Positions 14,101 through 26,200 of a stretch of DNA of 64,000 bases are shown piece after piece (the first letter of the stretch is position 1; the number at the start of each line of letters is the position of its first letter). The stretch is from Eledone cirrhosa. Its lineage: Eukaryota. The stretch is from contig OZ024743.1 in NCBI GenBank assembly GCA_964016885.1, positions 287,060,001 through 287,124,000 of the forward strand, given 5' to 3'. The position numbers were made by a program, and so were the translations under genes. The notes under the pieces are model-generated. The model was not told where the DNA came from. It did not search any database and saw only the letters and a program-made list of their open reading frames with translations.

Positions 14101-17100
14101 GTTTAACCTCTAGTGCTGGTGCCATGATGAAACAAATCAGTTGGTTGGCATAAAGAAAGGGCTTCCAGCCATAAAATCCATGCAAAATATTGAATATAGG
14201 AGCAAGAAAAGGTCACTTCAACCCAGCTGGTGTCAGACCATAACATAACACTTCCAACCCATGCGAGCTCAGGAAGCAAACATAAAATGATGATGTAATA
14301 TAAGTAACATTTTCATTATGAAGCTGGTATTTGAAACATAACTTAACAAAGGGTCTTATATAAAATTATGATGTAAGGTTTGTAGATAAATATAAACATT
14401 TTAAAAAAACAGTTTTATATCATAGAACCAGGAACAGTTTTAAGCAGTTTGATATCAAAAGGGTTAAATGAAAACCTTCACAACAAATTAATCAGAAAAA
14501 TATATCAGTATATTAAGGTATACTTACAGCACCTTCAAATCCCTTTAGATTAGGAGTTAACACAGAATAGACAACATCACTATGTCTTTCAATACCATTC
14601 ATCACTTCCTCATGATCACTTAACTGTTATGGAAAAAAATAAGAAAATATGTTAACTTTTTCAATATCAATATCTTTTTGGGTATTTTATTGCACAAGGC
14701 TGGAATTACATGTTAGTTCTTGCATTTTAAAGAATTAAAAATAAAATAAAATAAATATTTTGACCAAATTTGCAATAATTACCTTATCTGAACTTATACT
14801 TCACAAACTAAACTAAATCATACCAGTATGTTTTTGGTACTCAAAGAGTTAAAAATACAATAAAATACATTCAAATGAAAGCTTCTTATTTTCCTTTTGT
14901 TATATATTACATATATTTTTCAGTACAAGTGAAGGTGGGATGATTCTGAAAATTTTAATATTTGTAGAAATTCATCATCATATATATGTTTGAGCAAGAC
15001 GAGGTTCTCCAACCTGTCAAGTCACAAACCAAGACAATCCATCCAACCCATGCCAGCATAGAAATCAGGCACAAAATGATGATGAAATGTATATATGCTC
15101 AGTTTCCATCTACCAAATACACCCACAAAGGATTAGTTAACCTGAAGCTATAGTTGAAGACACTTTCCCAAAGTTTCATACAGTGAGATCAAATCCAAAG
15201 CCATGTGCTAGGGAACCATTCTTCTAAATATTAGACATAATGCTTAGTATTAGATTACCATAGCTGTTTTTAAAATGATTTATGCATTAGTTATATTAAC
15301 ACAAACTCAACTATCATACATTTACATATAGTTCGATTAATGTTAGAAACATAAACTTACTTGTGGTACCCATTTTGGTGAAACAAAACTTGTCACTTCA
15401 ATATTAGAAAAACCTGCACTGGACAGTTTGTTAATAAATTCTATTTTTGTTGATGTCGGTATCTTAGTCTGAAATTAGAAGTTCAGAATATGTAAAGTTT
15501 ATATATATGATTTCAATCATATATCCATCGCTGCCACCATCTTCAACATTGTTTTGTGTCCACCTTTTCACACTAGTATGGGCTGTATGATGAGGAGGAT
15601 GTTTATGGAGCAAGACTTTCATTACTTGTTTTGATAAAACATCAGACAATGACTTGCTGTGAAAAAAAAAAATCATCTAATAGCGGTAGAGATGTGTGAA
15701 TGACTGAATATGTACCCCTACCACCCTACTGCCATAGCCAAGTCAAGTAATATATGTAAAAATATTAAAGTACCATCAAATATCACAAAACTCATTGAAT
15801 GAGGATGGCTGTTTTCATTGATATGTGTATTAGACAACTCAGTCACTTACAATATAGAATCATCATCATTATTACCATTGTTTCCCAGTGGTTTGGCAAT
15901 ATCAGTAGAGCATCAGACACCATGCTTTGCAACATAGAGTTATGGCCCTTTACGTTCTGAGTTCAAATCCTGCCATGGATAACTTTGCCTTTCATCCTTA
16001 CAGGGTCGATAAAATAAAGCACCAGTAATGCACTGGGGTAATTGTTGGCCTTGTGCCAAAAGTAGAAACAAGTATTACCATTGTTTCCCATGCTTGTACT
16101 GGTTAGACAAGTCCTTTCTAGTATAGCAGTTCTCCACATTTTCCCCTTCCAGTTTCCTTCTACTTGGAAATCCTGTCACTTCTTCACTTAACAATCATCA
16201 TTAATACACATCACATGTTGGTATGACTCTTGCAATCAACATCTGATTACTCTTATGTTCAGTTTTTCTTTCAGCTAATCCATGCTTCATCATTCATGCA
16301 CATTAACATTACATATCCAACAGAACATGATCCATTCATTTCTCACCAGCCTTTGCACATGTGCATTCACTGCCCATGTAACAACGTACTTCTCATGCAA
16401 ACATACAATCTTCTTTTCACTTGGAGACCTCTTTTGTTGCCAACAAGAACCTTTTTCCATTTTGTTCATAGAATAACCTCTTTCACTTCTAATTAAGTTA
16501 GTTAAGTAACAAAAGCTATCGACTACTTCTAAACAGCTTTCCCTGAATTGAAAAAAAAAAGCATATCACTGGTCCTCTTACTACTAACTAGTAAATAATA
16601 AGAGCACCACATGTAAAGTTTACTTTCGCAGTTAGCCTGTCTGCACTTCCACTACACCTCTTATGTGCTCGGATTTTATATTGAGTACACTATATAAAAT
16701 ACTTTACTACATATCGAGAATGACCCTTTTCCTGATAGTATCAGTGTATTATCTGCTATCCTACTTATTAAAACTTTGATCTTGGCTAAATTTACTCTGA
16801 GCCCTTTGAAAACTAGATTTTGCAACTAAAATTTCTTCTTGAGATCTTCCACAGATTCAGCTATCAGAACTAGGTCATCATCATCATCATTTTACGTCCG
16901 CTTTTCCCTGCTTGCAAGGGTGGGACAGGAACTGATTCTGGCTTGATTTCTTCAGCTGGATGCGCTTCCTAACACCAACCTCATTTACAGTGAGTGCTGG
17001 GTGCTTTTTTTCCGTGACGCCTACACGTCCACTTTACAGTGTGGGCTGGGTGCTTTTTTGCCGTGGCACCTCCACGACCACTTTACAGTGGAATGATAGG

Positions 17101-18537
17101 GACCCCAGTCCAATCATCTCATTTCTACAGCTGAGTAAACTGGAACAATGTGAAATAAAGTGTCTTGCTCAAGGAAACAACACATCACCCGGTCTGAGAA
17201 TTGAACTCACAACCTTTCGATTGCAAGCCCAATGCTCTAACCACTAAGCCATGCGCCTTCATCAGTGTATAGAAATTCCCATATACAACCCCACTTAAAC
17301 TCGTCTGTAATAGCCTGAAATATTGTAATTTACAGAGAGGGACTAAGGACTGAGCTGTGATGTACACCGACTTGCATACTAAATTCTTTACTGAAATCAT
17401 TGTCAAACTGCACAAGCTATTCGTCTATATCTACTTTTCTTAAAACCTACCAGACTATAGTGCATGATGTTCTGTCAAAGACTCTTTTAAACGAAGGTAG
17501 GCCTCATGGTTAAATACCATGACAAATGTCCTCTCTAATCAGCGCTGTTCCTGCCACCCCAGTACTAATTTTATTACCCTAGGATGGTGAAAGGCAAAAT
17601 CTCATTAGTACTATAACATAAAGCATTAAAGCAAAATTCTAAAATATATTTAATCACCACAAAAAAAAATACATTTAGAAAATGTCGATCTAGTTGAATT
17701 GACAAAAGGGAGCGAGTGCTTTTGATCACATGTCTACTAAAACAGGACTGACATGCAGTTGAATCCCAATAGTATTAGAACAAATATTTAAAATTATTCG
17801 TTTTATGGAGAGGGCGAAGGATAAGGGATTAATTAGATATTAAATTTAAAAGAATTTCATTGAAAACTTAAACAGATTTACAAACCTTCTCGTTTTGAAG
17901 GCCATCTCGTGGGCCCACTTCCACGACTTTCACAAAACTTGGTAAGCCGGCGACCTACAAATAAAGGGAGATTACTCTAACCTTTCGACATTGGAAAATA
18001 AAGGATGAAACTTTTTAACATTTTTATTTTAAAGATACTAAAAAAAAATAGTAACAAAGTTTTCAATACAGCATATTTCTTATGCATATTTTATGTCATC
18101 TGCTAAGAGTTTGAAACGTAGTTTAATAGACTCATTTGGGAGGTCAACTTATGTTAATATTTTCGCTGTCGCTTGAAATAAATTAAAGAAATCACAGCCG
18201 ACGTCGAGAATATCTCGCTTCAGGTATATGTAAAATAGCAGACGATAAAATGAAGATTTTTTTATATACTTTCATTGATGTATTCCATCCATAATTTTTT
18301 TCATTTACGGAATACTTTCGATTTCTATTTGTAGTAGGTTTAACAATCTTAGAAATGTTTTCATGCCATCCGATTCATGTTGTCAATGAATACTTGTTTC
18401 TACTTTTGGCACAAGGCAAGCAATTACCCAGTGCATTACTGGTTTAATGAATAATATCATTCAGGATGATGTCGTAGATTTTCTGCAGGAACGTATCATT
18501 TCTACAACTATGAATTGCAAAAAAAAAAAAAAGCCGG

Positions 18538-18576
<39 letters not shown>

Positions 18577-20035
18577 ATCGTAATCTATGCCTTGGAAAAT
18601 GTATTTCTACATTAAAAGTTATGCACTGTTAGGAAAGTTAAGAGAAAATAAAGTTGGTTATTAAATTGAAGTTATGCCCAGCCTGGCGAAGGATATGCTT
18701 ACAAGGTTGTTAGCAAGTTAATCAAAGGATTATAGAAGAAAAAAACAACAAAATGAACAAAGGAAAACAAAATGCTGATAATCATGTATATGATGTGAAT
18801 AAAACGTTACTCTTTCTGTGTTTTCAATATTTTATGTATACACTATCTTCTATACGGAGCATCCAAGAGAAGTTTTACAAGGTGAAACAATACTGCTTTC
18901 GGGATCTCTTAAAACACAAGAGGACTCTGTATATGTTTTAAGTGATGAGAGAGCAGGGCCTTCAGATATGTACAGGCCTTGTGTGGATGTACTAGGTGAG
19001 CTCACGTCTTATAGGTATTGATTCTACAAATACTTCAGAAACGTGTAGACTGACATAAAAACACGACGTAAGTTGAAAAATATAATAAAACAACATGGTT
19101 TATCAATTTTAATAGCTAATTAATAAAATAATAATAATAATTTCTTTTATTGTCTCTAAGAACCGAAGAAGCTAGGAACAGTCGAAAAGATAAATACATA
19201 AGATAACAAAATACAATATGAGATTTACATTAAGTAAAAATGGAGAGGGGGTCAATAAGGACAGTAATAATTAGTTAATAATGATTTCTAATTTACACAC
19301 AAGGCCAGCAATTTTGGGGAGAGTGGAATGTCGATTAAATCGACTCCAGTACTGGACTGGTATTTTATCGACTCAGAAGAATGAACTGCAAAGTTGACCT
19401 CGGCGAGATTTGAATTCAAGAACGTAAGGGTCGTAACAAAAATACAGCTTTAACGATTCTAGCAAATAACGTTTTCTTTATTGATTCTAGCAAAGACACA
19501 TGGCGACAAATTTGGGAGGGGGGAGGTCGATTATATCAGCTCCCCCGCTCCCAGTACTTGATCGGTACTTTATTTTATCGCCCCTCTCGGAATAAATGAA
19601 AGACTAAGTCGACCGGCGACATGAAATCTTCAAGCTTTTCTTTTTTTCACTACCAAAACCTCATGTTTTCATATATGTAAAAAGGAGTATACTAAAAGAG
19701 ATGCAAATATTGATTGTATTATTTTGTTATTTAGAAAGGGAAAGAAAAACATAACAACGTGCTAACATAAGTTCTAGTCGTGACGAAAGAAAACAAACAA
19801 AAACTTGAAAGGTGATACAGATATTACGCCGGTAAATATATATTGCACGTACGTCGTCTATACGAGGGGAATTAATAATTCTTTTCTAACAAATAGTCGT
19901 CCAATTAATCGAATCTTTGATACTTACTGCTGTTGGTGCGTAGTTTTGAATTGTTGACAATGAAACTATTTTCAGACATGACCAATATTTACAACATAAT
20001 CGTTTAACGGATGTCGATAACACAGAAGTCGCCAT
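2039..20035 (-). CDS. HMGCL: Hydroxymethylglutaryl-CoA lyase gene, 10 coding exons, 336 aa (whole span)
   Basis: Exons 20035-19928, 17954-17886, 15468-15361, 14623-14528, 12151-12093, 9486-9397, 7720-7657, 6147-5959, 4331-4206 and 2140-2039 join in frame with GT-AG introns. Motifs [43 protein letters not shown] and GLGGCPYA are present. Confidence 0.97.
2185..2446. repeat. Degenerate ~50-65 bp tandem repeat in the last HMGCL intron
   Basis: Repeated taggtg(c/t)tgacaa..aaatatccatatatggtact.aaaa.agtaaaag. Confidence 0.7.
2447..2763 (+). mobile_element. Solo LTR-like repeat; sister copy at 28158-28473
   Basis: Starts TGTAG; TATAAAAG and AATAAA inside; clearly homologous to 28158-28473, which ends GCTACA. 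Confidence 0.6.
3170..3580 (+). mobile_element. RTE-type LINE 3' fragment
   Basis: [23 protein letters not shown]...VLNRSWKQH, followed by a (tga)n tail. Confidence 0.7.
4206..4331 (-). CDS. HMGCL: HMGCL exon 9 ([42 protein letters not shown])
   Basis: 126 bp; active-site Cys motif GLGGCPYA. Confidence 0.97.
4420..4810. mobile_element. Composite SINE-like repeat, near-identical to 16876-17260 and partly to 62700-62830
   Basis: ~385 bp align directly; (cat)n at one end and a tRNA-like head in reverse at the other. Confidence 0.75.
4850..5245 (+). mobile_element. RTE-type LINE 3' fragment
   Basis: [21 protein letters not shown]...IERS, followed by a decayed GxRxRGRPxxRW motif. Confidence 0.7.
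5959..6147 (-). CDS. HMGCL: HMGCL exon 8 ([25 protein letters not shown]...[20 protein letters not shown])
   Basis: 189 bp, inside ORF 5899..6186; metal-binding HxH motif. Confidence 0.97.
7657..7720 (-). CDS. HMGCL: HMGCL exon 7 ([21 protein letters not shown])
   Basis: 64 bp, TAG/GTAAG boundaries. Confidence 0.96.
9154..9355. mobile_element. Tc1/mariner-type MITE
   Basis: TIRs taCGAGGGTAGGCTAAAAATGTCATAGGCTGAC / GTCAGCCTATGAACTTTTCAGCTGATCCTCAta with TA flanks. Confidence 0.75.
9397..9486 (-). CDS. HMGCL: HMGCL exon 6 ([30 protein letters not shown])
   Basis: 90 bp, AAG acceptor and GTAAG donor, KNINCS motif. Confidence 0.94.
9960..10371 (-). pseudogene. hAT-like transposase N-terminal fragment (zinc-finger region) in an HMGCL intron
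   Basis: WL...YCKL...HKETEKH and [16 protein letters not shown] motifs; truncated. Confidence 0.6.
12093..12151 (-). CDS. HMGCL: HMGCL exon 5 ([19 protein letters not shown]+)
   Basis: 59 bp, CAG/GTGAG boundaries, phase-2 end matches the next exon. Confidence 0.95.
12270..12480 (-). mobile_element. RTE-type LINE 3' fragment; others at ~8930-9130 and ~16130-16860
   Basis: YGHV...[16 protein letters not shown]. Confidence 0.7.
12690..13300 (-). mobile_element. Decayed CR1/Jockey-like reverse transcriptase fragment
   Basis: Remnants resembling ISKVM, QxxF..RST and SKAFxxxWH, plus WIKSFLS and YAND. Confidence 0.55.
14528..14623 (-). CDS. HMGCL: HMGCL exon 4 ([32 protein letters not shown])
   Basis: 96 bp, CAG/GTAAG boundaries, VLTPNLKGF motif. 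Confidence 0.96.
15361..15468 (-). CDS. HMGCL: HMGCL exon 3 ([36 protein letters not shown])
   Basis: 108 bp, CAG/GTAAG boundaries. Confidence 0.96.
16876..17260. mobile_element. Second copy of the 4420-4810 repeat
   Basis: Near-identical sequence. Confidence 0.75.
17886..17954 (-). CDS. HMGCL: HMGCL exon 2 ([23 protein letters not shown])
   Basis: Catalytic R-D motif; TAG acceptor and GT donor. Confidence 0.96.
19928..20035 (-). CDS. HMGCL: HMGCL exon 1 ([36 protein letters not shown]), mitochondrial-presequence-like
   Basis: aaaacATGG start context and GTAAG donor; S/T/K/R-rich with no acidic residues; phase fits exon 2. Confidence 0.85.
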
Positions 20036-20109
20036 GTTTTTATGATTGATACTGACCTGTCAAGAGGAATAACTCTGGTTGTTCCTCCACATAGCTTGTA
20101 TGATTTTTC

Positions 20110-21900
20110 ATTTCTTCTATAGACTCGCAGTATTGTCGTGAGTGATAGCGGGGCTAAGGCATTGGAATAATCAAGAACCCTCGCGGGCATCACGTGATGC
20201 CTCGGTGTGGTGAGACAACAATGACAAGAACCTCGTTGACGTCGGCTCATTTCCCCCAAACGTTTCAAGCGTCACAGGCTGAAAAATAGTATGCCGATAA
20301 TTCTTGGTAGTTTAGAATTGTATTCCGTTCGACTATGGAAGCAGTGACCTTCGCCATAGCATCAACCCTAGACAATCCAGCTGGCTCCAGAATCGAAAGG
20401 GTATTAACAGGACCCGCTTGATAACTAGGTTCAGCTTGTTATGGTGAACGAAGCGACCTGCAATCGGACGATAAGCTAACCCATGAAGACAAGGGACCTG
20501 GTACAGCGACATTTAAATCCCTCACAGACACCCCCCCCCCTACTTTAAGTGTAATATAGGTGCGGAACTCATCCTGACTAAGTAGGACACTAATGTTGAC
20601 CACAAGCAAAGTACCAATCCAGTCCCATGAGAATTCAGCACTTGTAGAAAGTGAGCGGCACCTTGAGAATTGATCAGATTAATCAAAGAGAGAATAGAAA
20701 GTGTCTCTCTCACGTAAGACTCTCTGCTTCAATCTATCCTGCTCTGTATCAGGAACTGACCAACTCCTTCCACTGTAGTAGAGCTTCATCCACCTCTCCG
20801 TTGGAACTAGTCCGTGAAGGAAATGAAAGGATGTTACCCACTAAACATGGATGGAAAAAAGAAAGCAGAGAAGAGACGTTGACGGGCATTTACGTAGACC
20901 TAGGTCTCCAAATCGTTTTGGCTATTCAATATGTTCGCGGGACTTTGGAAAGGGCCTGACTTCGGAAACTCCAGCAACCCTTGCCGTAATGTATAATTGA
21001 GTGTGCATATCTTTTCCCATTTTCTTTGTGTAAAAAGAAATCTACTATAACATTTAAAAGACAAATATTTGGTCGTTTTTCGATCAAAATTAACAGTCAA
21101 ACAAAACTTGGAAAAGTTAGTTCTAAGTACTGGGGGAAAATGATTATTGCTGTTACCGTTCTCATGGTTAATGTTTCCTAAATCTTGAAATGTAAGATAC
21201 CGTCTAAAGTTTTTGATAATCAAGCCACATCATATCCATTCATCTTTCCTTTCTGATATTATTTTATCCTGTCTACTTTAACAATTTATCGTTCGTTTTG
21301 TTCTCTACTTTTAATTCAAACAGACGCTGCCTGGTCCCTCGTGACGTGGAGAAAACGACGCTCTAAAATAATCAAACATATAAACTGTACAGTATAAATG
21401 GCAACAAGGCAATGGAAAAAGAAAAGAAAAAAATGCGAAGAAAAAAGAAATTAAACAACAAAAGGAAAAGGGTTGATGGAAGCGACATATTCTGCTCCGG
21501 TGTCGTCAAAAGCGACTACTCTGACGGCAGCCGAGACATCACCCTCGGTGAGTTTGGCGTTTACACTGTCGTGTAAACACGAATGTGTGGAGTATGATTT
21601 GCTCTGACACACTGGGTAAGGACATCTGCCCAAAGGTCGAGATGTGGGACTTAACCAGAGCCGCTGTCGATAAGCCGCCTTGATCGGCACCAGAGTTGGG
21701 GAGACTGATGACGACTGGAGCGAAATAAAACAATCGCTGTGTCAGTTGATGTCTAATTTTACGGAGGAAAACTGCTCTGATTTTACGGAAAGAAAACAAC
21801 AATTCAGGGACCGAGGCAGATGTGACGGTGTTGGTCATCATTTGATGTTGTCCCAGTTGCGTTCGACATCTGAATATTGGGGGACGGCGAGGCCTTCATC
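20110..21900 (-). mobile_element. Decayed, internally deleted CRE-clade non-LTR retrotransposon
   Basis: Minus-strand remnants NAKLTEGDVSAAVRVV (21.5 kb), DEFRTYITLKVG..VCEGFKCRC (20.55 kb), SILEPAGLSR (20.38 kb) and IFQPVTLETFG (20.27 kb); DNA aligns with 27600-27790. Confidence 0.8.
20186..20201. promoter_or_regulatory. Perfect 16-bp palindrome GGCATCACGTGATGCC (E-box TCACGTGA), ~150 bp upstream of the HMGCL ATG
   Basis: The palindrome is seen directly; any function is inferred. Confidence 0.4.
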
Positions 21901-22478
21901 AATCCAATCAATCTCAACAAACATTGGATCCAGATTTAATCAATTTCTAACAAATCTTAAATTAATAAAACAACTTCGATAAAAAGCGTTCCAAGAACAG
22001 ATGAGATAGTTATGACTATTTTTTATTATAGGCATTCTGGATCAGGGCATGCCTGGGGCTAAACAGATGCCGATATCATCACTGTCATCATCAGCAGCAA
22101 CATTACCTGCACCGCAGTCACTAGTGTCATCATCATCATCATATTTACTACTACTTACACATCCATTCCTATTCCCAACCATCATCACAGCAAACTAACG
22201 GGAAAACCTCTACATGGTCACTCGGTCTGCTAGAAATCCTTCAAATCAAACCCCGTCGTTTTAATCAAGGAAGGACAGTGGCTAATGTAGTTCTAGATAT
22301 CACTAAAATGACGTGATGGTCAAGGCTGGCTTGCTCAATCAAGGTTAACATGATGCTAAATAACACTAAATGTAGGGTTCAGTGACGTCACGTAAGCGGA
22401 AGGACAACCGGCGTGGGACCCTTTTCCTTGGGCAGTCGTGTGGATGGGACGTGCTTGCCGTTTGAGCTTGGGTATATG

Positions 22479-22950
22479 TGAAGCGAAGTTAATCGTTTGT
22501 TGAAGAAAGATGATAAACACGAGAAATACAATATTTTTTGGTTAGGTATATAACTTTACTCCACTTCAGTTGAAAGGAAAAATAATATGATTACTTCGAA
22601 TCATAAAAAAGTATAAAGATTGATAGTAGCACTCACAAGTGCATGCTGTGTTCGAAAAGTCCTTTGTGTTTTGTTGGGGAATCTTTGTTTATATAAAAAG
22701 GCAGATGATTCTATGTGGATGAAGAGCCGATGGAAGAATTGCTGTCGGGCCATTGTCTGCAGCACCGAAATTTTTTTTTTTTAAGTGTTACATCTCGCTA
22801 GTGATGCTTCTCTTCCGAATTACCAGTGTCGACTAAGACAAAAGAAGAACTTATCTCGCTTTGACCTCAAGCTGATCAGCCACTCCAGACAAAAGAGAAA
22901 TGGTAGCTAGATGTCATTCGGGGGTTAGAGTGTGGAGATATTTCGCTACA
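22479..22950 (-). mobile_element. Solo LTR with 4-bp TSD TATG
   Basis: Inverted termini TGAAGCGAA...TTCGCTACA, TATG on both sides, homologous to the 31077/33174 LTR family. Confidence 0.75.
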
Positions 22951-23299
22951 TATGTCCTGGGTTTCTGGCCAGAGGTTTGGTGTGTAGGGCTCTCGTAGAT
23001 ATATCCCATCTGGACAAGATCGACGATAAGAGAGGACCCGTGAGGCTACGCTTTTCCCTTACATCAACCAACAACAATCATCAACATAACCCATATCTGT
23101 AGCGAAATCTGTCCACACCTTGACCCCTGGGTGACATTTAACGGTCATTTTGAGAGTTATCTCCTTTCGGACATCAACAGGTCTGAAAGTGGACGACCTC
23201 TAAAGGTCAGCTCTTTGTTCTAAAGTCTTGAGATAAAGGAAGCGACATAGATAAATAGCCTGCCTTAGATCAATCCAGCAGCAATTCAAAGCGATTCTT

Positions 23300-26200
23300 T
23301 TTGTTGTTTGCGAATTCGGGTTCCCTCACGTCCTCTCTCAAACGGCAGTTCCAGCTGTTTGAGTGTACCCCAACCACGTCACACCTCAGTTCGACATCGA
23401 GCCCGGTGTCCACCAACGGACAACCGATAGACCTCAAGCGAGCGGTCAATGCCAAATTCAGCGAATTTGACATTAAAGGGGCTGTCCGTCTCCTCGCTCC
23501 GTGCAACTCTGATTCTCTTGAGCGACTGAAAGATAATCACCCATTGGCACCCGCAGATGATCAGCTACACTGGCCCGAACCACCAGAATACTCGAGACCG
23601 GTTTACACCACCGATTTCATCAGAAAGGCGATTTCATCCTTCCCCGCTGGGCCAGGCGCGGGAATTGACGGCCTTCGTCCTCAACACCTCAAGGATGGTA
23701 TCTCCTTATCGGCCGGTACGCCGGACTTGAGCTCTTGGAGAGTCTGACTCAGTTTGTGAATCAGTTCTCTTCAGTGAACGTTCTCCCGTTCATCCGCCCA
23801 CCGTTCTTCGTTGCGAAGCTATTTGGTCTCACCAAGCCCAACAGAGACCTGCGCCCATTGCGGTTGGCTGCACCTTTCGCCGCCTCACTGCAAAGGCGTG
23901 TTTGCTGTTGGTCTCCGACTCACTGGCGGAGGAGTTTTCCCCCATCCAGCTGAGGGTGGGTACCAAGTTGGGATGTGAGGCTGCTGTCCACGCTATCAGA
24001 GCCTTTACCAACTTGTCCTTCTCGTCCCCCAAGGTCATCCTCAAACATGACCTCAGGAACACCTTTAACTCCGTCATCCGCGACGTCGTCCTCGGCTCAG
24101 TAAGAGAGAGGGTCCCACAACTCTACCACTTTGCTTAGCAGGCTTATCGGGAGCCCTCCTACCACTCTTTCGGTGACCAAATCATCACCTCTGCCCCAGG
24201 AGTCCAACAGGGTGACCCACTCAGACCCGCTCTGTTTGTACTGGGCATTGATGACGTCACCAAGGTGGGGGTTGAGTTGGACCTCAATGTCTGGTACCTC
24301 GACGACGCTTGGGGGGGGGGACTCCGGATATGGTTCTCGCCATTGCCAACAAAATGGTTGAGGAGCTTGGCCGCCGGGGTCTCCAGGTCAATAGCTCCAA
24401 ATGTGAGCTCTGGATCCTCAACCAACTGGCTTCTCAACAGCTAATCGACCTGTTTGTAGAGTCCTTCGCTTCCATCGAGGTCCCTCCCACGTCGGCTTGG
24501 TGCTCCTTAGGAGCCCCAATCACAGACCTGGCCTTCGAGTTAATCTTCCAATCGAAGATGGTTGGCCTTGAGCAGCTGCTGAAGAATATTGAAGTTATCG
24601 AACCCCATTAAGGTTTCTTCATACTCAGGAACTACCTGTCTATTCCTAAGCTTCTGTATCTGCTCAGGGTCAGCCCTCTCACAGATTTCCGTCCTGCCAC
24701 CAACGCTTCGACGACCTAATCTTCGAGAGACTCGAGTGTCAATGTTAGACTCTCTCCAGAGTCCCGCGATCAGGCTGCGTTGCCCAAGTGATTTGGGGGT
24801 CTTGCTCTTCGTAAGTGTTCGTCCTTCGCTCTCCCCTGCTTCCTTTCCTCCACCCACGCTTGCTCCACCCAGATGAGCAGTATCCTCTCCAACATGGACT
24901 AGTTCCAACAGGGAGTTGGGTGAAGCTCTCTAGCAATGGAGTGAGTTGGGCTTGTCTCTTCCTAAGAAGGTGGAGGACAGTCGAAGTCAGAGAACTTGGG
25001 ACAGCATAAGTTCGAAGGCCACCTTCGACTCCCTCTTCGTCTAGTCAGATCAGTTTGCAAGGTGCCGCTTACTATCTGCCAGCGCCAAATACTCAGATGA
25101 CTGGGTTGATGCCCTACTCGTGGCCAACGTTGGTGGCCTACTCAGCCTGGACGAACTTCGTGTCTCCATCGCCCTCAGAGTGGGAGCTGACGTCTGCATG
25201 GGTTTGAGGTGCCGATGCGGTAAACTCCTCGACCCCACAGGCCTCCACAGTCTTTCTTGCCGCCTGAATGCCGGTCGCTTCGCGCGTCACATGGAAACCT
25301 CATTCTCAGCTTTGGCTCGGGCGAACATCTTGTAGCAGTTGCCTCCCTTGTTGTGACACTCACAACACCATCTAGACAGGAAGTAGAACCCTTTCTGTAA
25401 CTTCCGGTCAGAACCCTATAAAACTAACAACTTTAAGTTCTCACTCTCTTATTTGCCCTTCCGGCGCCTGGCCTTCGCCAGGCGTCTTCTGCCAGCCTGC
25501 GTTTTCCTGGCAATCAAAACGGTAACTACTAACTTTGCCTAATTCTTTCGTTTATTCATTGACATGTCAACTATACTGTTAAATTGTTGATTAAATATTA
25601 TACACACGAGTTCTCCGCTATATTGGTAACCCTGACGTGATACGAACACGCAGCCGTTCATTGTTATAAGTGGTCACCCCCCCACCCCCCCCCCCCCACC
25701 CCCAAAAAAGCAGAATCTGGTGTTGTGTGAGTAACATTACGAATACACAGCAAATTTATTGACAAACTATGAAAATACTCAGTCAAAGAAACGCACACAC
25801 GCACATGTGAAACTTTCGTGCAGACAGACTTTTTCTCTCACGCATCAACTAACTGTCGCATTTCACGATATATATATGTTTCTCCAAGAAACGAACACAC
25901 CACGCACATGTGAAATTCGCGTTCAGACAGACTTTTTCTCTCACGCAACAACTAACTGTCGCATTTCACGATATATATATATATATGTTTCTCGTTTCCT
26001 ACAACGAACACTTTCAAAAAAAAAAAAAAAAAAAAGAAATTTGATATTTTTTTTTTTTTTTTTTTAAAACAGGAACATTTATTTTCGATGAACCATTGCC
26101 TTTTTTTTTTCATCGTTTCCTTCATCGTTCAAGTTTTTTTTCAAAGTTCACACCAATAATTATGCTAAGTGAAGCCTTTCTTTTTCATAATTGTCACTTT

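Noticed and set aside
22371-22420. TGACGTCA plus GCGGAAG cluster as the HMGCL promoter
   Set aside because: It lies 2.3 kb upstream in a TGTAG-starting, LTR-like repeat context, and I could not link it to the gene by any exon or donor
25624-25655. tRNA-Trp gene or pseudogene (also 32727-32744)
   Set aside because: Only the 3' portion including CCA, antisense and adjacent to an LTR, so it is a primer-binding site
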